From NCBI GenBank assembly GCA_965603825.1, contig CBFDEM010000037.1:310001-374000 (forward strand): DNA of 64,000 bases. The letters run 5' to 3'. The DNA is from Blepharisma stoltei ATCC 30299 (lineage: Eukaryota > Protista > Ciliophora). The stretch's first letter is position 1, and every line of letters starts with the position of its first letter. The notes under the pieces are model-generated. The model did not search any database. It was given only the letters and a program-made list of their open reading frames with translations, and was not told where the DNA came from. Position numbers and translations under genes: made by a program. Below are positions 28,821-40,045 of the stretch, one piece after another.

Positions 28821-29957
28821 CTACCTGATTCGAAGTTTAGGCTTAGGAGTGATCGTAGCACTCTTTGTACTAGTAGGCCCAAGGTAAAACTCACGCAAAT
28901 CTTTAACAGAGGCTCCTATGCTAGATCTGAAAGCATTGCCTGAAATTGACTTCATGACAAATTCTTTCATATTTCCAATATCATTTTGGAATTTTTTCAA
29001 AAAAAGGTCTTTTTCTTGGATGTCACTTTTAATTTTCACTTCTTTTTTGTCGATTTTCTCAATGGCTTCTTCTAGTTCGCTTATTTTTTGGCTTAAGTCT
29101 CTTATTTTTGTTTTATATTCTCTTTCCCTCACACAGTATTTTTTCCATAAATTTTTATGCTTTTCCTTATCAGCTTGCTCATTTTCTAATTTTTCAGCAT
29201 CTTTGACATAAGGATGCTGTAAAAGAGTTTTCTGCTCATCATTATATTGTTCAATTAAGTCGGTGATTTCTTTATATCTTTTATCGGTAAATGCTTGCTT
29301 TTCTTCAACTTTTTGTAGCTTGATTCTGACTACTTCAATTTCTGAGCTGAGATGTGCAAACTCTTGCCTCAGCTGAGAGGTTTCGCCGGTTTCAGTAATG
29401 TTGTTTAGTGCCTTATCTCGTTTATATTGTTTAAGCTCATTAATCCTCATCTGCATATCTTTTGACTGTAGGATACCTTCGTATTCACTAATCCAGTCTT
29501 TTAGCCTGACTTCATATTCAGGATCAGAGATTTGGATTACTCGATCTAACAGGTTTTTGCTTTCATTTCTATATGGGGTTTACTCATAAAGCACTAATTT
29601 CTTTTTAGCGCTATCAAGTTCAATTTGCAAAGCTTCGTCGTTGATTATTACAGGTTTTTGCTTTTTATTGAATTCAGCTAATTCTATGAAAGTGTTGAGC
29701 CTTTGATTTAAATCTTTTAATTCAGCTCGGAGTTTGGTGTTTTCTCGACGAAGGGATTGTAAAGTCACAGGATCCTCAGCAACAATAGTGGTGGATTCAT
29801 CTTTTAGTTTTGATAAAACGGGTTTCGATTTGGAGTGGCTTGGACTTTTAGTAAACTCTATTGAATTTTGCATATTTTGAGGGGAATGGATTTCTTGAGT
29901 AAAATCTTCGTTTGGGTTTTGTTCCTCTTCTTCGAATTGGACTGAATAATCGCTCAT
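28821..29957 (-). CDS. Hypothetical coiled-coil protein
   Basis: Two same-frame ORFs joined by intron 29569-29583; E/K/Q-rich heptads. Confidence 0.8.
29569..29583 (-). other. 15-nt spliceosomal intron
   Basis: GTAAACCCCATATAG with A10; removes an in-frame TAA. Confidence 0.88.
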
Positions 29958-30174
29958 TTTTATTAATTTTACTAAAGAAAAAACTGAAGTTTTTTCATAC
30001 TGAAAGTCAAATGGATAATTTAAAAGATACTAGTAATGATTAGCTTAATAAAAAGATTAAAAGAAATACCTCAATTTTTTTTTCCTTTTAAATATTATAA
30101 GCAGATATCCTTTGTTTAAACTATAATACTTCTCGATAATATTTTTCAATTTTTTATTTTTATTCTAATTTCGT

Positions 30175-31224
30175 CTATCATTTACAAACTACTCCAGGCA
30201 CATATTTTGCTTTTTTCATCCTCTCATATACGCTTGATTGCGCTTCTCCTTTAGGCTTGCCTTTCTGTGCTTCTTTATCAGGTCGTGAAAATTTAGCTAG
30301 TTCATTAGGCCTATTCGTTGAAGGTGGCTGAGGGACAGGATCGTGATTTTGTGGGTTTCTTGGTATAGATAGCGATGTAGAAAAGTAAGGATGCCTTAAT
30401 GCATCTACAGCAGTCGGCCTTGCTTCAGGGTTATAATTTAGCATTGCTTTCATTAAATCAATTGCAAATTCTGATGCATTTGGTACGAGGCTCTGCAGAG
30501 GAATTCCTATTTCATTAGGAAATCGATAGCCGATCTGAGAAGCTAAAGACTGGCCTTGAGGCCAATTTCTTGGAGTACCCATTATTTTACAGATTTTTTG
30601 TAGCATATCTGCTTCACTGCTCCCAGGAAATAAAGGCTTAAAAGTATAGAGTTCAGCCATTAAAGCACCTAAAGCAAACATATCGATTGCAGGTCCGTAG
30701 TTTTGTGAGCGAAGAAGGACTTCTGGTGCTCGATACCATCGAGTTGAGACATACTCAGTAAAAGGTGGCTTTTGCCTCATGTCCCTTACAAGGCCGAAAT
30801 CTGCAATTTTTACAGTTCCAGCCTTGATAAGCAAGTTTTCAGGCTTTAAATCACGATGAAATAAGCCTTTGCTATGCATATAAGCCAAGCCTTGCAAAGT
30901 TTGAAAAATAATGTTTCTAATATGAGTTTCACTTAGTAATTTTGTTCTGTCCTTTATATGATGATATACATCTTCGTCTAAAAACTCAAACACCAATGCA
31001 AGATAATTATTTTCTTTAATAACTTCAAGCATTTTCACTATATTTGGATGATTGATATGAAGTAAAGCCCGCACTTCTCTCATGTTGATACATTCATTTC
31101 ATCCCCTCACGCTTTTTTTCATCTGTTTTATTGCCACAACGTCGCCTGTATTTCTATGGACTGCTTTAGACACACTTCCATAGGTTCCGTCTCCAATAGT
31201 TTTGATTACTTTATATCTGTCCAT
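30175..31224 (-). CDS. MAK/ICK (RCK family) Ser/Thr protein kinase
   Basis: MDRYKVIKTIGDGTYGSV..VAIK..G(W)NECINMREV; HRDLKPEN; DFG; PPFTEYVSTRWYRAPE; ends TGA-TAG. Confidence 0.93.
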
Positions 31225-31328
31225 GTTTTAATTCTAATAATCTTCATGCTAAGGCATCATTCGTAAGCTTTGGTTTTTCATAGAAGAGTATTGGCGTTTT
31301 AAATGATTTTTTTGATTAAAAAATTAAT

Positions 31329-32246
31329 ATGATGAAACAAAACTCTCCAAAATTTTTTCTTTCTCTTGGCACAAGTCCTATGAAAGAAACAAATGAGAAC
31401 AATATCGGAAATATTCATGCAGTAACCAAAATATCAAGACTACCGCTAACAAGTAAAGCGTCAAAAGATGATTCAGAGCCAAAGCCAAGGCTATCAGAGC
31501 CTCTTGTAAAACGGAAACCAAGTATTAAAGTTAAAAGATCCCCAAGAAAATTAAATACTGTTAAGAGTGCAGATACTATAAGGCTTCTGAATGATAATTC
31601 AAAAGATATCAAAACAATGGTGCACGATAAAAACGATCTTAAGGAAGGAATTAATTATCTTATGAAAGAAATTGAAAATCTACATAGTGTTTCCAATAGA
31701 CTTGAAAACGAAGAAAAAGAAATTCTTCAGTTAGAACGAATATTGTCGCAATCCGAACAAGAATCTGAAAATTTAAAACAGACGTTGGAAAACTGCGAAA
31801 GCCTCTTTGAAAGACTAAATTATGAATTGCATGACAATTGCGACATAATGCAGTTATTAAAAATTTCGGATGCAATGAAAGCATTGTTCTCATTAAAACC
31901 AATTTTTCAATTTGGAACGTCAATTAAGCTGGATAAGCCTAAAGAAGATGCTGCACTGTTCAGATCCAAGATGAGAACTACTCCACATAGAGAACTTAAT
32001 AGCAAGCTTACCCTAAAAAGCCCGTATTATGCTGCGCCAGGGATTATAACGCTAACACAGAAGAAGCTAAAGCACACCCAAAGCCATAGTGCTTTCAAAA
32101 GAATTGGCTCTGGCTTTGAAAGCTCAAGAGGTTTTGAGGCTGGAAATGATATAAATAGCCAGCTGAATGCGCTTAAAGAGCGAACAAAGATGATTTTAGA
32201 ATATAAGGGATATTTAAGAGCGACTCCATCTACTCCAGCATTCTAG
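31329..32246 (+). CDS. Hypothetical coiled-coil protein (305 aa)
   Basis: ATG-TAG ORF with a central heptad region. Confidence 0.75.
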   Translation: MMKQNSPKFFLSLGTSPMKETNENNIGNIHAVTKISRLPLTSKASKDDSEPKPRLSEPLVKRKPSIKVKRSPRKLNTVKSADTIRLLNDNSKDIKTMVHDKNDLKEGINYLMKEIENLHSVSNRLENEEKEILQLERILSQSEQESENLKQTLENCESLFERLNYELHDNCDIMQLLKISDAMKALFSLKPIFQFGTSIKLDKPKEDAALFRSKMRTTPHRELNSKLTLKSPYYAAPGIITLTQKKLKHTQSHSAFKRIGSGFESSRGFEAGNDINSQLNALKERTKMILEYKGYLRATPSTPAF

Positions 32247-32419
32247 CAAATATAGTATAGTTTAAATATTTTGTTTTATTTTTCTGGCATTCCAAATTTA
32301 TATATAATTAATAACAAGGGGCTTATTTAGAGATTAGGAGACCTTTAAATCAAGGCTATTGAAAATATTTTATGCTTCATGAAAATCAACAGTCACTGCT
32401 ATTTAATAGTAAATAATAT

Positions 32420-33652
32420 ATGGAAACCCTTAATCGTATATGGAATTACCTTAAAAAGCCCAAAGTTTATAAGAAAATCATCATTATTGCCACAGTCACA
32501 GCTTCTATTGTGGTACTGCGAAAATTGTCAAAATTGGTAAATTCTCATGTGAGTCTTACAGCATTTTTAGCATCATTGAATACAGGCACTGTGAAAGAAG
32601 TAATTGATTATGGGGACACAATTTCATTTAAATCATCAGATGGCAAATGGTTTAACACAAACACTGCTACGATACCTAAAGCAGACCTAATCTCTGCAGC
32701 TGCTAGAAATAGAGTAGAATACACATCTAAGAGCCCATCAATTGTGCTTGCAGCTATTCCTCAAGTTGTCGCAGCACTAGGAGCTTCAATTATGTTATAT
32801 ACTTTGACCCGCAACCCAACCCCTAAAAGAGTTTTAGAGCACCAAACAGGGATTTCTTTTAAAGACATTGCAGGAAACCAAGAAGCCAAGCAATCCTTAC
32901 AAGAAATCATCCAATTTTTCAAAAGCCCAGAAAAATTCATCAAGGTCGGGGCCACTCTTCCTAGAGGAGTTCTCTTATTCGGTCCTCCCGGAACTGGCAA
33001 AACAATGTTGGCTAAAGCAGTCGCTACAGAAGCTGGTGTTAATTTCATACAGACTTCAGGATCAGAATACATAGAACTATTCGTAGGGGTTGGCGCCAAG
33101 CGAGTTCGTGATGTCTTTGCACAAGCTAGACAAAATTCTCCCTGCATTATTTTTATTGACGAAGTTGACAGTTTGGCTCTGCAAAGAGGCTTGAGTTCCG
33201 ACAAATCCAATATGGAGCTTCACAGCACAGTCAATCAGCTTTTATCAGAAATGGATGGATTTGTGCAGAGTGACAGGATTGTGGTACTGGCAGCTACAAA
33301 TAAGCATACAATATTAGATGACGCAATCTTAAGACCAGGCAGATTTGACCGCAAAATCCAAGTAAACTTGCCTGAATATGAAATCAGGCTGCAGATTTTA
33401 AAGTTCAATCTAGCAAATCGACAAAATGAGATCTCTGAAGACTGCTTAAAAATGATGGCAGAGAATACAGATAACTGCAATGGCGCCGAAATTGCATCAA
33501 TTATAAATGAGGCAAGCTTTTTGTGTGTGAGAGATGATCGGGAGTGCATTACTGAAAGAGACGTAATTGAGTCTTTCCAAAGGATGAAGGAAGGGAAGCT
33601 GAAGTTTGTAGCAGAAAAATTAGCGAAATCTATGTTAGCCTATCATAAGTAA
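32420..33652 (+). CDS. FtsH-family membrane AAA+ ATPase lacking the M41 protease domain
   Basis: Two TM segments; FKDIAG..EAK..LQEII.F.K.PEKF..VGA.LPRGVLLFGPPGTGKT; Walker B IIFIDEVD; SRH RPGRFDR; ends AYHK-TAA. Confidence 0.88.
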   Translation: METLNRIWNYLKKPKVYKKIIIIATVTASIVVLRKLSKLVNSHVSLTAFLASLNTGTVKEVIDYGDTISFKSSDGKWFNTNTATIPKADLISAAARNRVEYTSKSPSIVLAAIPQVVAALGASIMLYTLTRNPTPKRVLEHQTGISFKDIAGNQEAKQSLQEIIQFFKSPEKFIKVGATLPRGVLLFGPPGTGKTMLAKAVATEAGVNFIQTSGSEYIELFVGVGAKRVRDVFAQARQNSPCIIFIDEVDSLALQRGLSSDKSNMELHSTVNQLLSEMDGFVQSDRIVVLAATNKHTILDDAILRPGRFDRKIQVNLPEYEIRLQILKFNLANRQNEISEDCLKMMAENTDNCNGAEIASIINEASFLCVRDDRECITERDVIESFQRMKEGKLKFVAEKLAKSMLAYHK

Positions 33653-33673
33653 AATTAGCATTTTCTTTAAATT

Positions 33674-35176
33674 ATGGATATTCCGCAGTTAGATCTGAAT
33701 TTTGAGTCACCTGAGCCGAATTCTGTTAGGAACACAGCCAAAAAGAATTCTCGGTATAATAGAAGAGTTGAGTCAGACCATAAAGTGCCAGACAATGGTT
33801 TAAGAATTCCTTCGTCTGGAAATTACACACCTGGGCCCTTTAAAATCAACCTTAAGCAAGGCTTCCACAAAGGAAAATCAAACCCATTTCCAAGCGACAC
33901 AAAATCACCTCAGCTTTCAGATGATTTCGCAAACTCAGTTGGAAATTTTTTCAAAAAATCAAAAGAAATTCAAATTCAGCTTGACAAACTTAATGATATT
34001 TGCAAAGGGACACCTAAAATAAGAAGCCCAGCTGCTACTTTACACAAAAATAAAACTCTAGACGAAGGGAATATATTGAAGAAAAGAAGCTTTATTGAGC
34101 AAAAATTTTTCCAGAAAATAAATTCTTTGATTGTGAAGTTGGGCTATAATCAAATAATTGATGGAGAATTTGATAGAATGCTATGTATAATAATTGATAT
34201 ATTGGAAGAGCAATGCAGAGGTTATGGCTCAAAGAGGATTTATAATTCTCAGGGCGTTTTCAGTAGCTTTGGAAGCAATATTTGATCAAGATCTATATCG
34301 CCAATAATTAAAGCTGAGGAAGATGAAAATTTTCCTAACTCAAAAGTAACTCTTCAGATGTGGGCTGATGCCAAACTTGTAGATGAAGAAAAAGTGTTCA
34401 TTAATCTGATGAAAAAGGATTTTGATCCAAAATCAGCAGATGATGTAAAAGTTATGAGTATCATTATTTTATATGAAGAGCAGTTATTAATTTATCAAAA
34501 AGAAATTCAAAAATTGCAAGAGCAGTCGCAGATAATCAATTTTGAAGACCCCGAAAGCAAAAATCTTAAAAAAGCAATAAATTCACTTACTGATGAGAAT
34601 AATAGACTAAAAGAGCGCATCGAACAATTGTTAGAAGCAAACAATAAAATCATCGAAACATCACAAAATAAGACTTCAGATCAGGAAATAGTGAAAGGAA
34701 TATGCGAAATTTTGGAAGTTGACACGAATAATCTTGTCAACAGTGTTCTAGCATATAAAGAAAGCGCAAAAAAACACATTTGGCTAAATTCTTCATTGCA
34801 AGAACTCTATGAAGAAATAAGTGAGCACAAGCCGCCGACAGATACATTTCAGCTTCTTCAACAAATAAGAAATGGGGTTCAACAGCTGAAGCTAGCTATA
34901 ACACAGCTAAAAATTTTTAGATCTCAAATCATAAAAGCTTTAGAAATCAATGAAGACGTAAATAATGGCCAAATAGTTCAGACTTGTAACACACTGCCAT
35001 ATTTCAAACAGCTATTTAACCTTAATACTGATGTGACAAACGAGACTGAATCAATCTTTGGATTAATGCATGAACTGCATTCTCTTATACAGTACTTAAA
35101 ATCTAAGCTAGAGATAGATCCAGGAATAAAGATCCCTGATGCGTTTAGAACAATAAGAGAAAAATTGAGTAATTAA
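33674..35176 (+). CDS. Hypothetical coiled-coil protein (~500 aa); C-terminus weakly CEP70-like
   Basis: Two same-frame ORFs joined by TGA at 34283; the YFKQLF..MHEL..L...LEID resemblance to CEP70 is by eye only. Confidence 0.7.
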
Positions 35177-35202
35177 ATAAGTTTTTCATATTTAATTGAT
35201 AA

Positions 35203-35778
35203 ATGGATCAAGAAATTTCAATCAGGTGATCTGATCTCCAAATGTATTCGTCTAGCAACTGCAAAGCTGTAGTCAGGAATATCCCTGTTTCTGAAGCAGA
35301 GTTTAGGATTCTTATTCAAAGATTTAGTGAGAAAATTAAGTGATTGAAGTTTTATAGTAATAATAAGCAAGGCATCATCAAAAAGGACAAACTCTCGAAA
35401 TGCTTTCTGCAGCTGGATCCATCAGTCATTAATGAATTTATTAATGAAATGAATTCTACGTTTTTTGATGCTAAAGGAGAAAAGTTTACATTAGAAGCTG
35501 AGCTCGCATCATTTCAATCAGTTCCTATAGCAACAGCTTCACAAAACACTGAATTCTTCACTTCACCTCAGTTTTTACAATTCAAAGAACTTTATGAGTC
35601 TGGAAACTTGGAGCAGGGAACTTTTAAATCAGAAGAAAACTTGCCACCGAAAAAATCATCACTTGTAGAAATGGTGAAGTCTGAGTTGGAAGAAGAAAGA
35701 AAGAAAAAGGAAAACAAAATCAAAAAGAAAGGAAATAAGTGGAATAAAAAGAATAAAAATTGGAAAAATAAAAAATAA
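35203..35778 (+). CDS. UPF3/Smg-4-like nonsense-mediated decay factor (191 aa)
   Basis: From ATG 35203 with two TGA=Trp codons: KAVVRNIP ... FFDAKGEKFTLEAELASFQSVP ... SPQFLQFKELY ... KKSSLVEMVK. This parallels the UPF3 blocks KVVIRRLP / FxDxKGxEYxAxVEFAPFQK / DPEYxxFLExY / TTPLLxxLK. Confidence 0.7.
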
Positions 35779-35845
35779 ATGAAGATTATTGGGAAGTTGA
35801 ATCAAGGAAAATAATTTTAATTTATTTTATTTATTGCCGAATTAT

Positions 35846-36436
35846 TTAGTCTTTAGAGCTAGTTCGGGATTTAAATGACAAAGTCGCTATTATAAAAACA
35901 AAAACACAAAGCAAGCCAATTAGAAGGGCATAGAAAAATCATTTATTGTTCTTTCCAATGCACTTACTAACCCATGGACAGTGATGATCATACTCCTCTA
36001 TACAAACTCCGCATTCATCGCAATGCACAGTGGTAGATTTTTTGACAACTTCACATAGCTCACAATACCTCTCACCTGATAAATGATGCCCAAGGTCTTG
36101 ATCTCCGCTAAAGTTGTAGCAAATTCCAGGATTTGATAAAGCAGTCATTGTGTAGCTTACAACTAATAGCGTAAATGCAATTATACCAATAATTACGTCT
36201 ATTTGGCTTACTCTAGGGCAGATTATAAATATAAAAAGTAATCCGATGATAATGAAAAATAAATTGAGCCCTATAACGAAAGATCCTATGTAAAATGTAC
36301 AATTTGGGCCAGCACAAAGAAGAGGGACTCCGTTTTTTTTAAATAAAAAGCAGTGAAGATTAGCAATTTTTGCGTATTTAATTCCAACTCTGGAAATTCT
36401 TGAATACACTGGATTGTTTTTTCTTGTATTTTCCAT
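35846..36436 (-). CDS. DHHC palmitoyltransferase (short form)
   Basis: YCELC...HCDECGVCIEEYDHHCPWVSKCIGKNNK(W)FFY; reads through TGA at 35939 to TAA at 35846; probable intron 36286-36300. Confidence 0.92.
36286..36300 (-). other. 15-nt spliceosomal intron (in frame, stop-free)
   Basis: GTACATTTTACATAG with A10; splicing creates T|GA = Trp and gives GPNW. Confidence 0.65.
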
Positions 36437-36790
36437 TTTTCTATGAAGTTATCTTGTCACTGCCTAAAGTAAAATATTTTCAAATCTATTACAGATTACT
36501 CATTATCTAAGGCTATATGTTGAAGATCTATTTTTAAATAAATGAAAAACCTTAAATGAGTCAACATTAAATTATGCGTAAGACTTGATTAATTTTAATA
36601 CAAATAATAATTAACGGTTAAACATTGGTGAATTTCAATATATCAAATATACGTCTAAATCAATCAATTAACTTACGATCTACGTGAAATAAAATGATTT
36701 AATTACTTTCATTACTTTTATTAGATTATTTTAAGTAGTGCTAATAAATTGATGAGTTTAAATTAGATAACCTTTTATTTGTAAATTTAA

Positions 36791-37600
36791 ATGGCCTTAT
36801 TGTCAAACGCCCAAATACTCAGATCGCACTCATCAGACTTAAAAGCAGAGTACTTACGAAAACTCAACGAACTCGAGCTTGAAAAAGAAGAAGCAGAATA
36901 CTACAAACGAAGTTACAAACGCAAAGTAGAAAAGCTTAACCAAGAAAAGCGGAACTATCAAGCCAAAGTTGCTGAACTTGCAATCAGAATGACCCCAAAC
37001 CACACCGAAGAATCAAGCAGCGACAAATCCTTTGACTTTGAAGACTGTCCTATACCTTTTCAAAATGGCGAACGAGAACCAAAAGAAAATTTCCACGAAA
37101 AAGAGGAAGAAGAAGCTTTAGCTAGGGAGCGAGAAGCTTTAAATGAGCTTAAAGAGCAAGTTGAGCAAGAGTTGTCAAAACTTCGAAGGGAAAAGCATAA
37201 ACTTTCAGTCCATCAAAGGATTTCTATGCAGTCTCAAAGCAAGTTCAGCGACTACAATCGACCAATAGAAATAACACGAAATAAAATTTTGAGCAAATGT
37301 GGAAGCCTGGATAAAATAAACAGTCCTGAACCTACTGATTTGGAACAAGAACAGCGAGAAATCGAGCAAGTAAGAATCACGCTTGCGCAGAAGCAAAAAA
37401 TACTAGAGGATGCATATAAAAAAGTACAAGAAGAAAGAGCAGCTTTGGAAAAAGATAAAAAAGAATTCGAAGAAAAAGTGTCAGGATTTATTAAAACCGG
37501 AGAAAAAGTGAAAATGACACCTAAAACAACTCCGAAAGTTCCAAAAAGTCCTTTGAGGTTTAGAGAAATAAATCAATCAGCGGCGAGGCTGATATTTTAA
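36791..37600 (+). CDS. Hypothetical coiled-coil protein (269 aa)
   Basis: ATG-TAA ORF with E/K/R-rich heptads. Confidence 0.78.
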   Translation: MALLSNAQILRSHSSDLKAEYLRKLNELELEKEEAEYYKRSYKRKVEKLNQEKRNYQAKVAELAIRMTPNHTEESSSDKSFDFEDCPIPFQNGEREPKENFHEKEEEEALAREREALNELKEQVEQELSKLRREKHKLSVHQRISMQSQSKFSDYNRPIEITRNKILSKCGSLDKINSPEPTDLEQEQREIEQVRITLAQKQKILEDAYKKVQEERAALEKDKKEFEEKVSGFIKTGEKVKMTPKTTPKVPKSPLRFREINQSAARLIF

Positions 37601-37811
37601 TTGATATAATGAACCATTAGTCATATTATTACTAAAATTGCGAATTTAGTGTATTCTTCACAAATAATTTATTAGTTGAATTATTTTTTTAGTTTTCCAC
37701 AAACCTACGTTTTTCAATTTGAATAATGCTGCCTATAGAATGATTATCTTATAAGGGTAATTATAAGAAAACTAAAATTACTGCTAACATGGCTATAATA
37801 AATTTCCACAT

Positions 37812-38942
37812 ATGATCATCACAGGAGTGAAACAATCAATTAAAGGCTACCTAAGGACACGCCGTATGATTCTTCATCCAGTTTTTATCCTTATGAATGT
37901 AATTTCCACTTAGCTTTGCATCGCTATTTGGATTAATTATAAAAAACAAGCATTTGCAGCTGTAGGTCTAAGCTGAGTATTTTTTATTTAGTTATTCTTT
38001 GAAATGACTGTTGATTTAATAGCAACAATAGCTTTAATTATATGTGGATTTACTATTAGAAGCTGGAGAAACTTCTTCTTAGGTGGCAGATCTGGCATTA
38101 TGATGGCATGTGGATCTGGATTGACTTTAGTCTGGGTAGCTCAGCTGTTCTTCTGCAATGGCTTAAGGCTAACATCACCTGCAGTGACAGCCCCATGAAT
38201 GCTTTTAACTCCCAGCTTGGTCGGAATGTTTGGAATGTTTCTAAAGTATGAGTCAAGTAAAAAACTCAAATGGCTTGGTGTTGGAGTTTCATTATCTGGA
38301 GTAGTTGGTATCATTGTTTATGCCAACTTTACACATGCGACGCACATAGGTGGGCTTTTTTCACTGATGACTCATAGCGTTGGGCTTGCTATAGGATTAG
38401 TCTTATGGAGAAATGTATTAAAGATATCAAAACAATCGCCACTAATTGTAGCTACTTGGGCAGTTGGAACTGGGACTATTTGCATGATGATTACTTATAC
38501 ACAACAAGAATACTTTTGGGCAAGGCCAATTGATATAGAAAAAGATCTTAATGGCTTGAAGGAGATTATAGGGGCTGTTACTGTGATATCTATGGCTTAT
38601 ACATGCAATTATGTAATTCTTGCATGGGCTGCAAGGAAATCATCAATTTCTATCCTCGCTCTTTATGCTAGTGTAAGGCCAATATTCACTGAGCTAGCTA
38701 GTTTTATAGTAACAGGATCATACACAGCAATTGAAGTGGTAATTTCCTGTATTCTGTTGGTTACAGTCCTTACTGGGCTATTAATTACCACATACAGTAA
38801 GAAGAAAGAGAAAAAATCAATCCTAAGAAGACAAGATGAAAGAATTGAAGGCAGACTGCAAAGCAACTTTGAGAATCTTGCGCCTGAGTACCAGCCATCA
38901 GCAGAATCCCCACCTGTGTATAAAAAGTTAGTTAATAATTAA
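37812..38942 (+). CDS. EamA/DMT-superfamily transporter (WAT1-related-like)
   Basis: Frame is continuous from ATG 37812 after removing introns 37899-37913 and 37977-37991 and reading TGA as Trp; about 10 TM segments; GLRLTSP, KWLGVGVSLSG, WAARKSS..LYASVRPIFT. Confidence 0.8.
37899..37913 (+). other. 15-nt spliceosomal intron
   Basis: GTAATTTCCACTTAG with A10; removes an in-frame TAG. Confidence 0.8.
37977..37991 (+). other. 15-nt spliceosomal intron
   Basis: GTATTTTTTATTTAG with A10; removes an in-frame TAG. Confidence 0.8.
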
Positions 38943-38943
38943 A

Positions 38944-39888
38944 ATGAATGGCCTCGCTGTAAGTGCGATTCTAACAGGTATAGCTTATGTTCTTTTATAT
39001 GACTGGGAATTCTTAAAAATTTACATCCTGATTGTCGCTGGCTATTTTGCAATCTCCTGAATCTTTATTGGCAAAAATGCTGAACGATTCAACACTCCTA
39101 GAAGGAAAATCATGATTTCAACCTGGTCAGATCCAAGCGGCCCTGAAATTTATACACAAATCAAGGTCAGGTTTACAAACGCATTGGAATTCTTAGAAAA
39201 GGCATCAAAAGAAACAGGCAAAAAAGTCACTGTGACCCATCTTGTGTGCAGATCAGTCGGAGAAGCTGTAAAGTATTTCCCTGAGCTCAATGGAAAATTG
39301 ATGTTTGGAAATTTTGTCCCATTTGATACTATTGATGTGTCCTGTCTAGTTGCCCTTGAGGAAGGAAAAGACCTAGGATTTATCTGTTTCAAAGACATTG
39401 ATCATAAAGATTTAGCCACCATTTATGATGAAACCCAAAAGAAGGTTGGATCAATAAGAGGAAAAGAAGGAGAAGAACGAAAGATTCATGAAAAAGTCAG
39501 TGCTCCGTTTAAATTGATCCCGACTTGTGTAGGAGCAATTATAATGGAAACATTTTCATGGCTTGGAGGATCGATTGGGCTAGATTTACCGATGTTTAAC
39601 TTGAAAAGACACCCATTTGGGTGTGCAACAGTTACTAATGTGGGAACTTTTAATGTTGAAACTATTTATGGACCGTTTCCACCTGTAGAAAGAATTGCTA
39701 TGCTTGTGGTAATTTCAAGCACAAGAGATGAAGCTATTGTTGTTGATGGACAAATCGTAGTTGAAAAAGTATTAACAATGACAGTTACCTTTGATAATAG
39801 GTTTATTGATGGACATAGAGCTGCCAAGGCAGCCAGCAAAATGAAAGAAGTACTTGAACGTCCTGGAGACTTCTTAAAAATAAGCTAA
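38944..39888 (+). CDS. 2-oxoacid dehydrogenase E2-type acyltransferase catalytic-domain protein with hydrophobic N-terminus
   Basis: TPRRKIMISTW; KVTVTHLV; FPELNG; ATVTNVG; LTMTVTFDNRFIDG; hydrophobic N-terminus reached through TGA at 39058; no lipoyl domain. Confidence 0.85.
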
Positions 39889-40045
39889 ATACTAATAAAT
39901 TACCTCAAATATATAAGCACGTATAATAGCTATAAGCATCAATAATAAAGCTTATTTACGTCTATTAGTGCACTAGAGAAAAATGAAGAGGCTTTATCAG
40001 TAGCTATGTACTAATAATTTCTAATCGACAAAATAATAAATACAT

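Noticed and set aside
37726-37854. Upstream ATG ORF as first exon of the EamA transporter
   Set aside because: Different frame, ends in TAA, and no suitable GT-AG intron connects it; ATG 37812 gives a complete protein.
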